Shown piece by piece: positions 13,286 to 24,796 of a stretch of DNA of 64,000 bases. The notes under the pieces were generated by a model. It made no database searches, had not been told where the DNA came from, and was given only the letters and a program-made list of their open reading frames with translations. The translations under genes were made by a program, and so were the position numbers. The stretch comes from Mytilus edulis (taxonomy: Eukaryota): the NCBI RefSeq assembly GCF_963676685.1, contig NC_092353.1:25606001-25670000 (forward strand). Reading direction: 5' to 3'. Each line of letters begins with the position of its first letter. The stretch's first letter is position 1.

Positions 13286-16200
13286 ACAAATGTTCTTTGT
13301 CAAAGAGAATATTACATGCTAAACCAGGTTTATCACAATTGTCTTGCAGGTAAACAGTAAATTTTGATATGCTGCAGTTTGGACAAATCTTCATGACCTC
13401 ACTCCTCCCAGCTGGGAGTTTACAGTCAAGATCATCCACTAAATGCAGAAGCAGTTCTTTCATTAAGCCACCATGGCTTACAATTAAAACATCTGCTAGG
13501 CTTGGTGGACTTGTATCTACATCATCAAAACTACTATTACGACCTGAGCTTATGCTTGACACACTTGGAAGTCTGTGTTTTATCAGAGGAGAGATAGTCA
13601 CATTTGGACAACAACCATATGGCACAGAAGAAAGAGGCCCTTTTACATTTGAGATGTATGTAATGCCATTATATCTACCCTCATCCTTCTCACTTCCCTG
13701 ATCAGATGCCAAAGTTTCACTCTGGCTTGTATATCCTGAGCTATTGGAGTCGGAACTTTCAAATGGTTTGAATTCTTCATCAATCAAAGTTAAGTCTTTG
13801 TCTGTATTTTCAGATTCAGAACTGCTAACAAGACTGATACTAGAATTTGAAGAAGAACCACTTTCATTTTCATGCTTTGGTTTCTTTTCATAGTCCAAAT
13901 TTTGTTGAGTACTCAATGTTTCATTCTTGTTTTCAGCAGAGGATATTCCACAAAAGGACTGACTCCTTTGACAGTAGAGTTGATGTCTGTATTTACGATT
14001 ACTGTTCCGTCCCAAACTTCCTCCGTGCCTTCTTTTTATAGAGCAAGGAGTATAATCAATGTCTTCTTTTTCATTGATAAAGGCAAAAAGTTGCTTGCAT
14101 AGATCAGTAAAAAAGGATTTTGCTCGTTCTCTTAACTGTAAATATAAAGAAAAAGTTATTATTCAAGGAAAACACTGATAATGGTCATGATGGTTTTCAG
14201 TATATTTAACCACTTTATTATCCTTTGGTCTTAATCTGCTTTATCTATATGCCTTTTTGTGTTTCTTTCTGACATTTGACGTGGCTCAGTACTTATACAT
14301 CCTGTCATTGTGTTATTTTGCCATGGTTAATGTTTGTTAATATATTTGTTTGTTTCTAAGAGTGATTAAGATAATAACACAATGGTGACTGCTGTACCCC
14401 TATTATTGACATTTTTACCTATTGTTTCTGTTTGTTTTGTTCTGACAAATATATCATTTCAATATAATGGAATTTTATGTGACTGTCATACAAGGGAGAG
14501 GTTTAATTTAGCTACATTCAAACCAGGTTTAATCACAGTTTTCTACATGAGAAAATGCATGTACCAAGTCAGGAATATGACAGATGTTATCCATTGGTTT
14601 GATGTGTTTGAGCTTTTGATTTTGCCATTTGATAAGGGACTTTCCTTTTTCAATTTTCCTTGGAGTTTAGTATTTTTGTAATTTCACTTTTTACTGCTAA
14701 ACCTTAAAACATTATTTTAACAATTTAATCAAACATTTGATGAAAAAAAGCTAACCTGTTCTAAAGTTTCTCCACCAGGTGGAGTATAAGTGTGAACAGG
14801 CTTTTTATTTGCTGCCCTTGCTGCCTCTATGAAATCTTTTGAACATTTTCCTTCTAGCATTCCAAATTTCTGTAATATATAATAGAAAACTGTCTTGTTA
14901 TTGTAAACATTTCATTCAGTGATAGAAAATTTTGGCTTTTAATTAACTTTCAGAGTTTTGGTGAAGAAGTTTATCCATTGGTACCTAAATTAACATTCAA
15001 AACAGAATCATGGAGCATGAGAACGATGAGTGAAAAGATAAAGCATTATTTTATTTGCTTGTTTTATATATATTTCCTTGATTTTCATTTGACATTAAAC
15101 TTTGTCATAATAGTTGTCATATGATTTGATGAATTAAATGTTTTCTTTCAGGGTCAATTAACACTTTCTAGCTTCCATATTTGATGACCTTTTCTTTCAT
15201 AAATAAAGGATGGTCTGTCTGCAGGAAACCAATGGTTTTGTTAGAATATTCATAAAATTCAATACTGTTAGTATGACAAGGTCACCCAAAGCATGATGCT
15301 GCTTACTCCAAATAATTATGATGTATTGAAAGGCTATGCTGTAAGACATGAAAGCAAAAAAATCTAATGGCCTTTCAAGACGTCATTATTATTTGGACTA
15401 GATGCTAGTACTTGCATTAGTATTAAGAATCATAATTTTTATAAATGCAAAATATGTCAAATTGAATTCTAACTGGATCGGTTTAACCGTTCCTAACATC
15501 AACAGTGTGTTAAAATTTCAATTATTTCATTGAAGCATATTCCAGCTAAATTAAAGTCAACCTGTGCTCAGTAATCTCACAAACATTTACAAAATTTTTT
15601 TTGGATTTAACTGAACTTATTGAATGGAAACCAATTTTGTCATATACAGAAGTAAAATAGAAAGTGTAATGCTTCAAAAAGTTTTTGGATGATTCTCATA
15701 ATGAAAGCAGATCTGATAAGATTGAATTTAGTAAATTTGAAGTAATGTCTTCTGAATTAAAAGAGTATCACCTAGGCCAATTTAAGTCTAATAAAATCAA
15801 AAAGATGTAGCAAATTCATACAGATCATGGTGAAATATACACTGAAATGTATAACGAAAAAAAAATCAAGGTTTCGATGAAAGCATTTTTACCCTTTCTC
15901 TCAAACGTTTATCCTGTAAGACGTCAGCCTTTTTAATTTTGTTAACATCTAGTATAGTCTGTGCTGTTTGGCTTGCTCTTGACAAATCACTTGAGAAGAT
16001 GTGTGTGAAGCATTCATTTTGAAGTCTTCTTCCAACCAGTGCAGCTTGTTGTAATCCTACATCTGACAGGGGAATGTCCTGCTGACCTTCAATTATATAA
16101 ACAGTGATTCAGTCTTTCATGAGGAAAACATGAATAAAAGTTACATTGCATGTACAACAATTTTTAGATTTTGTTTTAATAAAAACATCGCAATAATTTC

Positions 16201-19200
16201 TGAATTTACAGTATAAACATTTAGCGTTCAGTTTAAACTTTGTCTTCCAAATTCAGCACAAAAAATTATCAAGACAAATGCTACTTAAGGGAAAATGTAA
16301 TCATTCTTTCTATTAGAGAAACAAAATCGGTATTCAATAAAAAATACCATTACCAAAATACATATAATATACACTTTGATGTGAGACTATTATACTGATA
16401 ATGTAAATGTTGTCATTCTGGTCAGCTGTGCATAATAAACATGAAAAGTCTGAATAAATACTACTTTCATCAAATGAAAAATATGATTAAAATTTCACCT
16501 ATAAAATTGGATAAATTTCATATTCAATGAGGTATTATTGTAAAATTTGTACATATTATTACCTTGCATAATCTTCTGTCTGTTGTATAAGGTCTCCCCA
16601 CTGAAAGCAAAAAAAAGGCATCAATCACTAGAGGCTTACATGAAATGACCTATTCATATGAAGCAGAAAGCAGTTATATAAACAAATGTAACATACTGAT
16701 CGTGATTTCTTTTCTAAAAGACACATGACATAACATATTCAGTATACATTTATATACATCAGTACCATATTCTTCACGTATTGTTAGTTTTGTTACTGTG
16801 AACTTATTACAAACATGTAACTATAGATTAACACTAAAACCCGAGTCACAATATTCCATCATGTCATCCTGGTGCGAATGGTGGGGGTTGGATAACTTGG
16901 GTACGCATATTTTAGAAATGTCATAGATAATAACTGACTATCTCTTTTTGGTCAGGTTTGTGTTGCTGAGTCTTTAGTTTCTGTGTACTATTTGTCTTTT
17001 CTTGCTTAGCCATCGCATTGTTCCTTTTATATATATTTTTATTAGGCTGATGAAAAGCGACTGAAAGCAAGTATGGTGACTGTCAGGCAAAGCAAACTGT
17101 TAAGTAATGGATGGGATAATGACTTTTTCTCCGCAGACGCCTGCTAGTGTGAGCCCTGGCAATAGCGTAATGTTGTGAAAATCCATCACTGATGGTACCA
17201 GGGGGATTCAAAACCTCAATCTCGGGATCTGAAGGCAGCGCTCTAACTAATTGACCCAAAGAAGATCTTCCCCAACTCAGCTAATTAGACTACCTTTATA
17301 CATATGTATTTCCAGGTCTACAACACTCTTCCCCCTTTTCTTTTTTTGGGCTGCGTACCATCCATCCGAGCAACTCACAGGTCCACTACTTTACAACCCT
17401 GAGACTACTCGGAAACCCTCTTGCCAGTTCCCTAGATGTCACCTAGAATTGTAATGATATCCTATGACCGGCTGGTCATACCTAATGACCAATTCTAACA
17501 TCTCACTGCCAGGCAATATTCTATTTACAATGTTTGTACCAGTAGAATCCAATGATGTGAAAATCCATGGATGGTGTCGTTATTCAGGGGCGTAGCTAGA
17601 ATTAAACGATGTGGAAGCAACTAGCGCCGCAGACGGAGGCGGAAAATTTTTGGGACCCTATTATGCAGAAATATGTTGTTTTTTTTTCGGTTTTCGGTCA
17701 TAGGACGGTTAAAAGAGGAGCTATAAGTAGATAAAAATTTATGAATGTAAAACTATTAATAAATCTTCTGAATAGAGAAATACATAAAAAACACATATTT
17801 ATGATACAGAATTAACTAAAAATTGTCCAAAATCCGCTCTTCGGGTCTGGGCAGAAACAAACTTCTCTATTACTTTGTCAATATTCACACTGAAATCCCG
17901 ATGAATATGCAGTAATGCTATGTAACTGTCTAAATTCATTGTTGATCGTACATTTATTTTCAATTACATATGTAGTACCGTGACTGATAGATCTCATATC
18001 ATGCAATGGTCATGATGGTAGCACTTGTGAGATGTTAAAAACCAGCGTATGTGTTTGGCATCGAGCGAATTCCCAATTAAATTCGTCAAAATTGCATGCC
18101 AGGTCAGTTTCGTATGTCTCAGGCAATATTGAGATTTGTTCGTTTGTGATATTTCCTACAACACAATGAAGCAGATACAGCGCAAAGAAGTGATTTTCTG
18201 ATAATACTTGATGCGACTCCACTCTCCAGTTCCCTTATCATATGGTCTATGAACATGATGAAAGCAAAAAAAATAATGAGACTTTCCAATATTGTTTTGG
18301 CGTGGATGCAGGGTGATTGGCTCTGGTAGTCTGTCTATCACATCGCCTAGGCATCTTTTCAACGATATCAAAGGGATCTGATAATTCTAATGTGTTTCCT
18401 TTTAATAACATTCAATTTATAATTTTTTTATTTTGCCATTTCTTTTTTGCATGCCGAATCAATGTGCACGCAACTGCGTGTTAGCGTAAAGGGAGCTACG
18501 ATCTTTTTCTGCATGACTCGAACAGCTTCATCAACACTTGTAACTAGGTTATCAAAATAATATCTGGGATAGATGGAAAAGACTCCATAAGTCTCAGAAC
18601 GTTAAACAAATATCATAATCACAATAGTCTTAGATAATACATGCATCACGCTGTCCAATTTCATGACATCTCTCTCTATTCTGTTTTTTTGTTGTTGTGA
18701 AAACGACGTGGATGCACGTGCTGTCGTGCCTCCGGGTAGCTATGCCCCTGCTATTTCTACTTCTTGCTATGTTTTGGTATAGTTATAAAGCCAGCAAATA
18801 TGAATAATCTCACAGTGGTCGTCATTTGTTGCTGTATTAAATATTTGTTTTTCGTTCATTTTGTGTACATTAATCAGGTTTAGTGTAACCAGGGAACAGT
18901 ATGTCTAATATATATATGTAGGACTCTAAAGTGCGATGGGGACGCTAAAATGCGATGGTCACGCTAAAGTGTGATGGCCTACGCTAAAGTACGATGGCTT
19001 GAGACGCTAAAGTGCGTTTTTCTGCAAATACATCAACGTTATAAACGTTCGACAGCATTATGACGAGAATGTTTGTCCAGATTAAGGATTTTTATTACAC
19101 AATAAAAGAAAGAAGAGAAGAGAAAATCAAATGATCACAATCTGGAATACTACGGCTTGACACATAATCAAAACAATAAACGAAAATGTAATAGGAACTC

Positions 19201-19652
19201 AGCAACGAAAACCATTGCCTGAACCACATTCCCGTTACACCATCGGACTTTAGCGTGTCATACCATCACACTTTAGCATGATTTTTGATTGCACTTAAAA
19301 AACAAACAACCATCGCACTTTAGCGTCTGACACCATCGCATTTCATCGTAGACCATCGTACTTTAGCATGACCATCGCACTTTAGAGTACCATCGCACTT
19401 TAGAGTCCTACACATATGTTCCTGGTGTAACCATTCTAAAATTTTGTTTATAAGGGCAAGTACAGTCAAAAGGCTGACCGATCATGTGGTGTGAGATAAT
19501 TTGTGAGAGGATACCATGTCCTTTTGCACCGTCCTTTTCAGCTTTTGTCAGACTGCATACCAAATCTTGAAAGTCACAACTTACTAGAAGTCTTAAAAAT
19601 ATTCACTTGTGTTTACATACTGTCTAACAAGGGTGATTGAGAAAACAACCAT
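13248..19652 (-). CDS. TIGAR: TIGAR-like fructose-2,6-bisphosphatase (histidine phosphatase superfamily), 5 coding exons, ~421 aa
   Basis: Exons 19621-19652 (MVVFSITLVR), 16563-16600 (HGETLYNRQKIMQ), 15893-16086 (GQQDIPLSDVGLQQA...FSSDLSRASQTA...RLRER), 14756-14869 (KFGMLEG...YTPPGGETLEQ) and 13248-14135 (LRERAKSFF...LIVSHGG...CPNCSIS). Catalytic RHG, RER and VSHG motifs are present and phases are consistent. Confidence 0.88.
17110..17290 (-). mobile_element. tRNA-derived SINE fragment
   Basis: Minus strand GGTCAATTAGTTAGAGCGCTGCC...GGTTTTGAATCCCC resembles degenerate A/B boxes. No complete cloverleaf. Confidence 0.45.
17585..18750 (-). mobile_element. Degenerate, internally deleted hAT transposon
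   Basis: TIRs CAGGGGCGTAGCTA / TAGCTATGCCCCTG. Minus-strand ~17816-17963 reads LKINVRSTMNLDSYIALLHIHRDFSVNIDKVIEKF, like the hAT C-terminal dimerisation domain. Upstream fragments are frameshifted. Confidence 0.75.
18890..19424. mobile_element. Foldback-like MITE with tandem ~19-bp subterminal repeats
   Basis: Inner TIR TGTAGGACTCTAAAGTGCGATGG (18917) / CCATCGCACTTTAGAGTCCTACA (19412). Arrays of ACGCTAAAGTGCGATGG in inverted orientation. Outer CAGGGAACA/TGTTCCTG ends with a 7-bp GTGTAAC direct repeat on both sides. Confidence 0.75.
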
Positions 19653-19699
19653 TCTTTTTCCTGCTTCAGAATTCTTCTTCAGTAATACATGTAGTAGTA

Positions 19700-19936
19700 C
19701 TAGTAGCCTTCAACTTCATTTTCGGGGACATCCCAGACAGAATTGACAGACGATGTAGATTTAGTTAAACAATTTTCCATTGGTCAAGTAAATAAAGTTC
19801 TCCAATCAAATGCGGTTTTACTAAATTAAAATCCAGTGACGAGTTCTTTCCCTTGGCGTGGCTTTCGACACACACAGATAATTGTCCCAATTTTTCAATT
19901 TTCAAGTGCCACTGAAGATTTTATCACAACAGCCAG
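19700..19936. promoter_or_regulatory. Putative bidirectional promoter TIGAR / FLYWCH gene
   Basis: TIGAR ATG at 19652 (-). A candidate non-coding first exon on + ends CAG|GTAAAT at 19936, with an acceptor at 21359. Oppositely oriented CCAAT boxes at 19779-83 and 19802-06. Confidence 0.5.
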
Positions 19937-20692
19937 GTAAATTTATAACTCAGAGAACTATATGTTTTGACAGATTGCCAATATTTAGCTTATATCAAAG
20001 TGTGAACTTCTAATTTGAAAGTTGTGGCTGCAAACAAAGGAATTTCGATGCAAAACAGGTGGTTCGCCCCGGTCAATTTCGGCCTACATTTATATTTTAT
20101 ATTATACTGATTTCTTTTGCCACGGAAATCATTGTAAAGTCTCTTGTTAAGTTCTGACAAAAAGGGTTAATCAGTGCCTAAGTCAAGCTTTGAATTATCT
20201 TTCCTTCTTCAAGTTCTTGCAGAACTGTTCCTAAGGGGGGCCTGCTCCAGTCATGCTTCAATGATTCCCTATATAATCAACCAAATTTTTCCCACGAAAA
20301 GGGGGGGGGGGGGAAGGCCCCCTGGATACACCTATGTCTTGTGTAGGGGTAAACATGGTAAAGGTTTTCTGCTTAATGCAGAGAGTAACGTGCAACGTGT
20401 ATTGCCATTTTTATTTTACGTGCAGCTGTGAAAAAGGTTCGTTATTCACCGTGTTTTGTAAAAAGAGCAACGTTCAAGACATTTTTAATTGTTCGTTTAT
20501 CATGAAATGGCAATTTTATTTTGCGTTCTTCCGTGCAGATACCTCCCCTTATGCCCCTCTATGCATGATCAAAAGGAAAGACAAAGAAATAATAGGTAAA
20601 AAAAGTCCATGAAACGCTACAGAAAAACTAGACTCATGATTAACATACACCCGCCAAAAATCAAGGAGTGATCTCTGGTTTTCTGGAAGCAG

Positions 20693-20869
20693 ATCCTGCT
20701 CTAGTTCAAATAATTATGACGTGTCATAATTATTTGGACTAATCCTGCTCAAATCTAAATAATTATGACGTCTTGAAAGGCTATTTTTTTTTTCTTTCTG
20801 TGACACGCACCTTCCTACATTGAACTTAGAAATTTCAAAATGTAATAATTATTTGGACTCATCCTGCTC
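20693..20869. mobile_element. Two tandem MULE-like mini-elements sharing 9-bp TSDs
   Basis: ATCCTGCTC at 20693, 20742 and 20861 brackets a 40-bp palindrome and a 110-bp element, both with AAATAATTATGAC/TAATTATTTGGACT ends. A relative lies at ~15304-15400. Confidence 0.65.
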
Positions 20870-21365
20870 CACAAGTGACATTCTTTACGAGGGTCATAAT
20901 GGGGGTACCTTCATGAAGAATAAGGGTAAAAATTCTAACCAAACATTATTTTTTTGGTGCATGCATGATGATAAAATGACATAAACTTTCTTTTTGACGA
21001 TTATAAAATCAACTGGTTTTGACAAAACACTTTAATTTTTTTCAAAGAATAATGGTAACAATTATTATTTATGCTTATATGCATGATCAAAAGGAAAGAC
21101 AAAAAAATAATAGGACAAAAAAGTCCATGAAACGCTACACGTTATTAAATTACATGTATGACGAAACACAATAAAATTTTAACAAATTTGACGCTATTGG
21201 TACATTGTAGATGTAAAAGACCGTTTGACACCTGACTGTAAAAGGCATTCCTACCTTCTTTTATGTTGCTCTTGGTAGTACAAATTCACAGAACTATCAC
21301 ATGCATGACATGCTGTACAAAAATTATGTTTTCATGTATTATTCACTTTATATTTACAGTGTATT

Positions 21366-24300
21366 ATGTCTGATTATGAGGAAGATGATACAGGTGAAGT
21401 AGAAGAAGATGATATTAGTCAGGATAATGGAGAAGCAGAGGAAGAGGAAGAGATAACATTCCAGATTATAGTTGGTGGATCATTACGTGGGAAATGTCTA
21501 CTCAAAGATAGCAAAGGATACAACTATACACTAAAGGTAGTTAGCCGTTAGTTTTCTGGTTTGAAACGTTTTACATTTTTCATTTCAGGGCCTTTTATTT
21601 GATATGAGGTATGGGCATTACTCATTGTTGAAGGCTGTATGTTTACCTATAGTTTTTCTGTTTTATTTTGTCTTTTGTGAAGAGTTGTCTTATTGGCAAT
21701 CATACCACATCTTCTTTTTTTACAAAGTTCAAAGCGATCATTTTATTCAAGATGAATTTTATTGACTGAATTTTCTTTACCAGACAAATTAAATATATAA
21801 TCTGCTGTATGCCACATAAAATAGATAGAATACTGTAAATTCAAAAATTACTGTGTGCATTAACTATTGTGATTTTTCAAGAATAGACATAATACGAGTT
21901 TTATTATTGCGATTTCAAAAAAAAGTGCATACAGATCTATATTTTAGTTATCAGATCAGAATGCCAGTTTTTATTATTCAATTGTGATAGTTGCATTATT
22001 CACATCGATAAAAACCTAGCAATAATTTATGAATTTACTGTAATATAATCCCTCCATCTGATCTCAATGGAATGTGCAAACCATTCCGTTTGAAAACAGA
22101 TTGAAAGCTTTTTAAGAAATGATTTTATTATAAAATAACAGCTTTGCAAAGTGTTAGTTTCATTAGGAAGAATAGTAGACTTTGCAAAAGATCAGATAAT
22201 ATGAATTATAACAGTTTGAAAATATTACTTTATCATGTTTATATTTTATGGTTGCTAATATATAACTAGATGTGTCAAAGCGAAACGAATGGGCCCGTCC
22301 CGAAAAGTTAAAAAATCTGCAATTTCAATATAAACACATGTGGACACAAACATGATGCTAGCCTTACATATGTATAAAAAAAATCAGCTCAAAATCTGGA
22401 GGGGAATAGAGAAAAAATCTGTATAATAATTTATCAAAGTCCAAAGCCCGTAATTTCAGCGAAAATTAGCGGAGCGAAAGGAAACTTAAGCTTGACCTAT
22501 AACTCATCATGGTTAACTCGCATACCAAAAATCAGCCCAATATCTACGAATGTAAAGGCTTTTTAGAAAAAAAGTCTGTATAACTGCGATTTTCAACATT
22601 TTCTCAAAGTCCAAAGCCTGTAATTTCGGCAAAAATTAGTGGAGCAAAACGAAACTTAAACTTGATCTGTAACTCATCATGGTTAACTTGCATAGCAAAA
22701 ATCAGCCCAATATCTGAAAGCGTTTAGAAAAAAAGTCTGTATAACTGTGATTTTCAATCATTTCTCAAAGTCCAAAGCCTGTAATTTAGACAAAAATTAG
22801 TGGAGCGGAACGAAACTTAAACTTGATCTGTAACTCATCATAGTTAACTCACATACCAAAAATCAGCCCCATATCTGAAGGCGTTTAGAAAAAACTCTGT
22901 ATAATGGTTTGTTGCGGAATGACGGAAAGACGGAATTTCGGACAAGGGTAAAACTATATGGCACCGACAACTTCGTTGCAGGGCCATAAAAAAACCAAAC
23001 TAAACTAGTCAATAATCTAGAATTTGTTATCATATAGGCAGAAAAGGGAGAGAAATCATGGTGGAGATGTAGTAAAAGAACAAACTACTTTCGATGTGGA
23101 GCTTCTGTGAGCCAAGTTGGGAACAAATTTACTATTGGTAGATATCCTCATGAACATCCTCCAGATCCAAAAATAAATCCCTGTGATAGAACAAAAAAAC
23201 GAAGGTCGTTTAAGGTAAGATATGAAATGGTACTAGGATTTCATATATCCTGTTTGAAATATTCCTGCATTCTGTCCTTAAGTACTACTATTTCAATGAA
23301 ATTTTATTGTAAACTTAATGGGATTTTTTTTAGAAACTATGATTGATAGAGAAATACTTTAAGGGGCAAAAATGTTTGCAAAGTAACATCTATGAATAAA
23401 TTAAGTTGATGAAAATTGTCATTTTAATGAGTTATTTCCCTTGTAAGATTATTTTAGTTTTTATGGAAGATATAATAGATACAGATAACTTTAAAGATGT
23501 TGATAAGCAAAGAAAGACCTACAAAATAATTGTTGATATAACTCTTTTGGGAGTTATTACCCTTTAAATATGATTTTACCCTATTTTATCTCTCAGAAAC
23601 TATCATAGTTAGAGAGAAACTTTGGCAAAACGGTTAATCAAAGTAATTTCTGCAAATAAGTCAACAACAAGTTACAAGAATTGACCAATCTATCAGATCT
23701 ATAATCTGCTGTATACAAGGTCTACACAAGTGCCACAAAATTAGATCTATAATTGATTGCAGTAAAGGTAAATCCAAATATTAAATCACTGGTAGGATAT
23801 TTTTTACAAAGTGAGCTCCAAGGCTCTCTAGAGCCTTATGTTTTTCAATGTTATCTCATATTGTATTTTTTATTTTAGAAGGAACTGGAAAGAGAAGTAG
23901 AAAAGGCTTTGGGAGACGCATCATTGATGACCTGCTCTAGTGTTGATTCAGACAATACAGATGATTCACCATTAAAAATAAAAATATCTCCAGTTAAGAA
24001 GTTTAAATCTAACCCAAATACCAACAACAACTCAGAAAGGTATATAGAATATAGCATGTATAGTGTCATGAATTTGTTCAGCAGTCAATTTTTTTTTAAA
24101 CTGAGTTGTATTACATTATGTATCATGTAACTTTTGAATTAATTACATACATGACATATATAAATGTCAAATTACTTTTTTTCAGTTTGACCTTTTTTAA
24201 ATATTTAAGGAATGACTATAATATTTTTTCTGTCTATGAAGAAATAACATAAAAAATGTAGGGCACACTAGTCTACAATTTCGAATAAGCAGAAAAAATA

Positions 24301-24796
24301 TAACAGTCATACCTTATAACTGAATGCTAAATTCCATTTTAAGCCAGGGTAAATCGTGAAAAAATATTGATGACCTCAAGGACATGTGAAGCTGATATAC
24401 AAAACACTGTCAGCCAATCAGAAGTTTAAATTATTTACTAATGTAACATTACTTTGGGTTTTCATGAGATTTGTTGACTTCTTGGATTCACATAAAACTT
24501 CTATGCAGTTTTGTTTTCCATCCAGGCAGATAAATCAGATTGGTTTACATTTATACTTTCAATTAATCCGAATTTTGTGTTAAATCATTATATTTTTTAT
24601 CACTTATTCATCTTTTACTAGGGATATCCAAGATGAATTACTCAAGTTAGAAAAAGAAAGACTACAAGTAGATAAGGATAGACTGAGAGTAGAAAGAGAA
24701 AGACTAGAAGTATCAAAGCAAATACTGGAAGAAATAAGAAATCATAGTGGACGATGTAATTGTATGAACCCAGCAGTGACTTCAATGGTTATTTGA
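21366..24796 (+). CDS. FLYWCH-type zinc finger protein with acidic N-terminus and C-terminal coiled coil, 4 coding exons, ~227 aa
   Basis: Exons 21366-21536, 23038-23214, 23879-24039 and 24622-24796 splice in frame (phases 0,0,2). SLRGKCLLKDSKGYNY...WWRCSKR...RCGASV...HEHPP fits the FLYWCH C-C-H-H pattern. The last exon ELLKLEKERLQVDKDRLRVERERLEVSKQILEE is heptad-like. Confidence 0.8.
21832..22039. mobile_element. Tc1/mariner-like MITE (TA|CTGTAAATTC family)
   Basis: TACTGTAAATTCAAAAATTA ... TAATTTATGAATTTACTGTA. Relatives at ~16190-16212 and 38830-38983. Confidence 0.6.
22264..22992. mobile_element. Helentron-like non-autonomous element with ~161-170-bp internal tandem repeats
   Basis: CAAAGTCCAAAGCC recurs at 22435, 22605 and 22766, followed by a GACGGAA microsatellite-like tract and a terminal hairpin. 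Lies in the first coding-region intron of the FLYWCH gene. Confidence 0.65.

Noticed and set aside
13369-14102. Plus-strand ORFs 13369-13701, 13847-14041 and 13872-14102
   Set aside because: Antisense shadows of the TIGAR last exon.
17047-17075. Additional hammerhead (CTGATGA...GAAA)
   Set aside because: No stem II pairing and no NUH cleavage site or stem I. The CTGATGAG at ~7626 fails likewise.
17200-17290. tRNA gene
   Set aside because: The A/B boxes are degenerate and there is no acceptor stem, so a SINE head is the better explanation. The same applies to 2620-2690.
18917-19412. CRISPR array or iteron cluster
   Set aside because: The repeats are contiguous and mirror-symmetric with a TSD, which indicates transposon subterminal repeats.
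20693-20869. CRISPR-like repeat-spacer array
   Set aside because: The repeats are only 9 bp, the 'spacers' are related TIR elements of unequal length, the context is eukaryotic and no cas genes are present.
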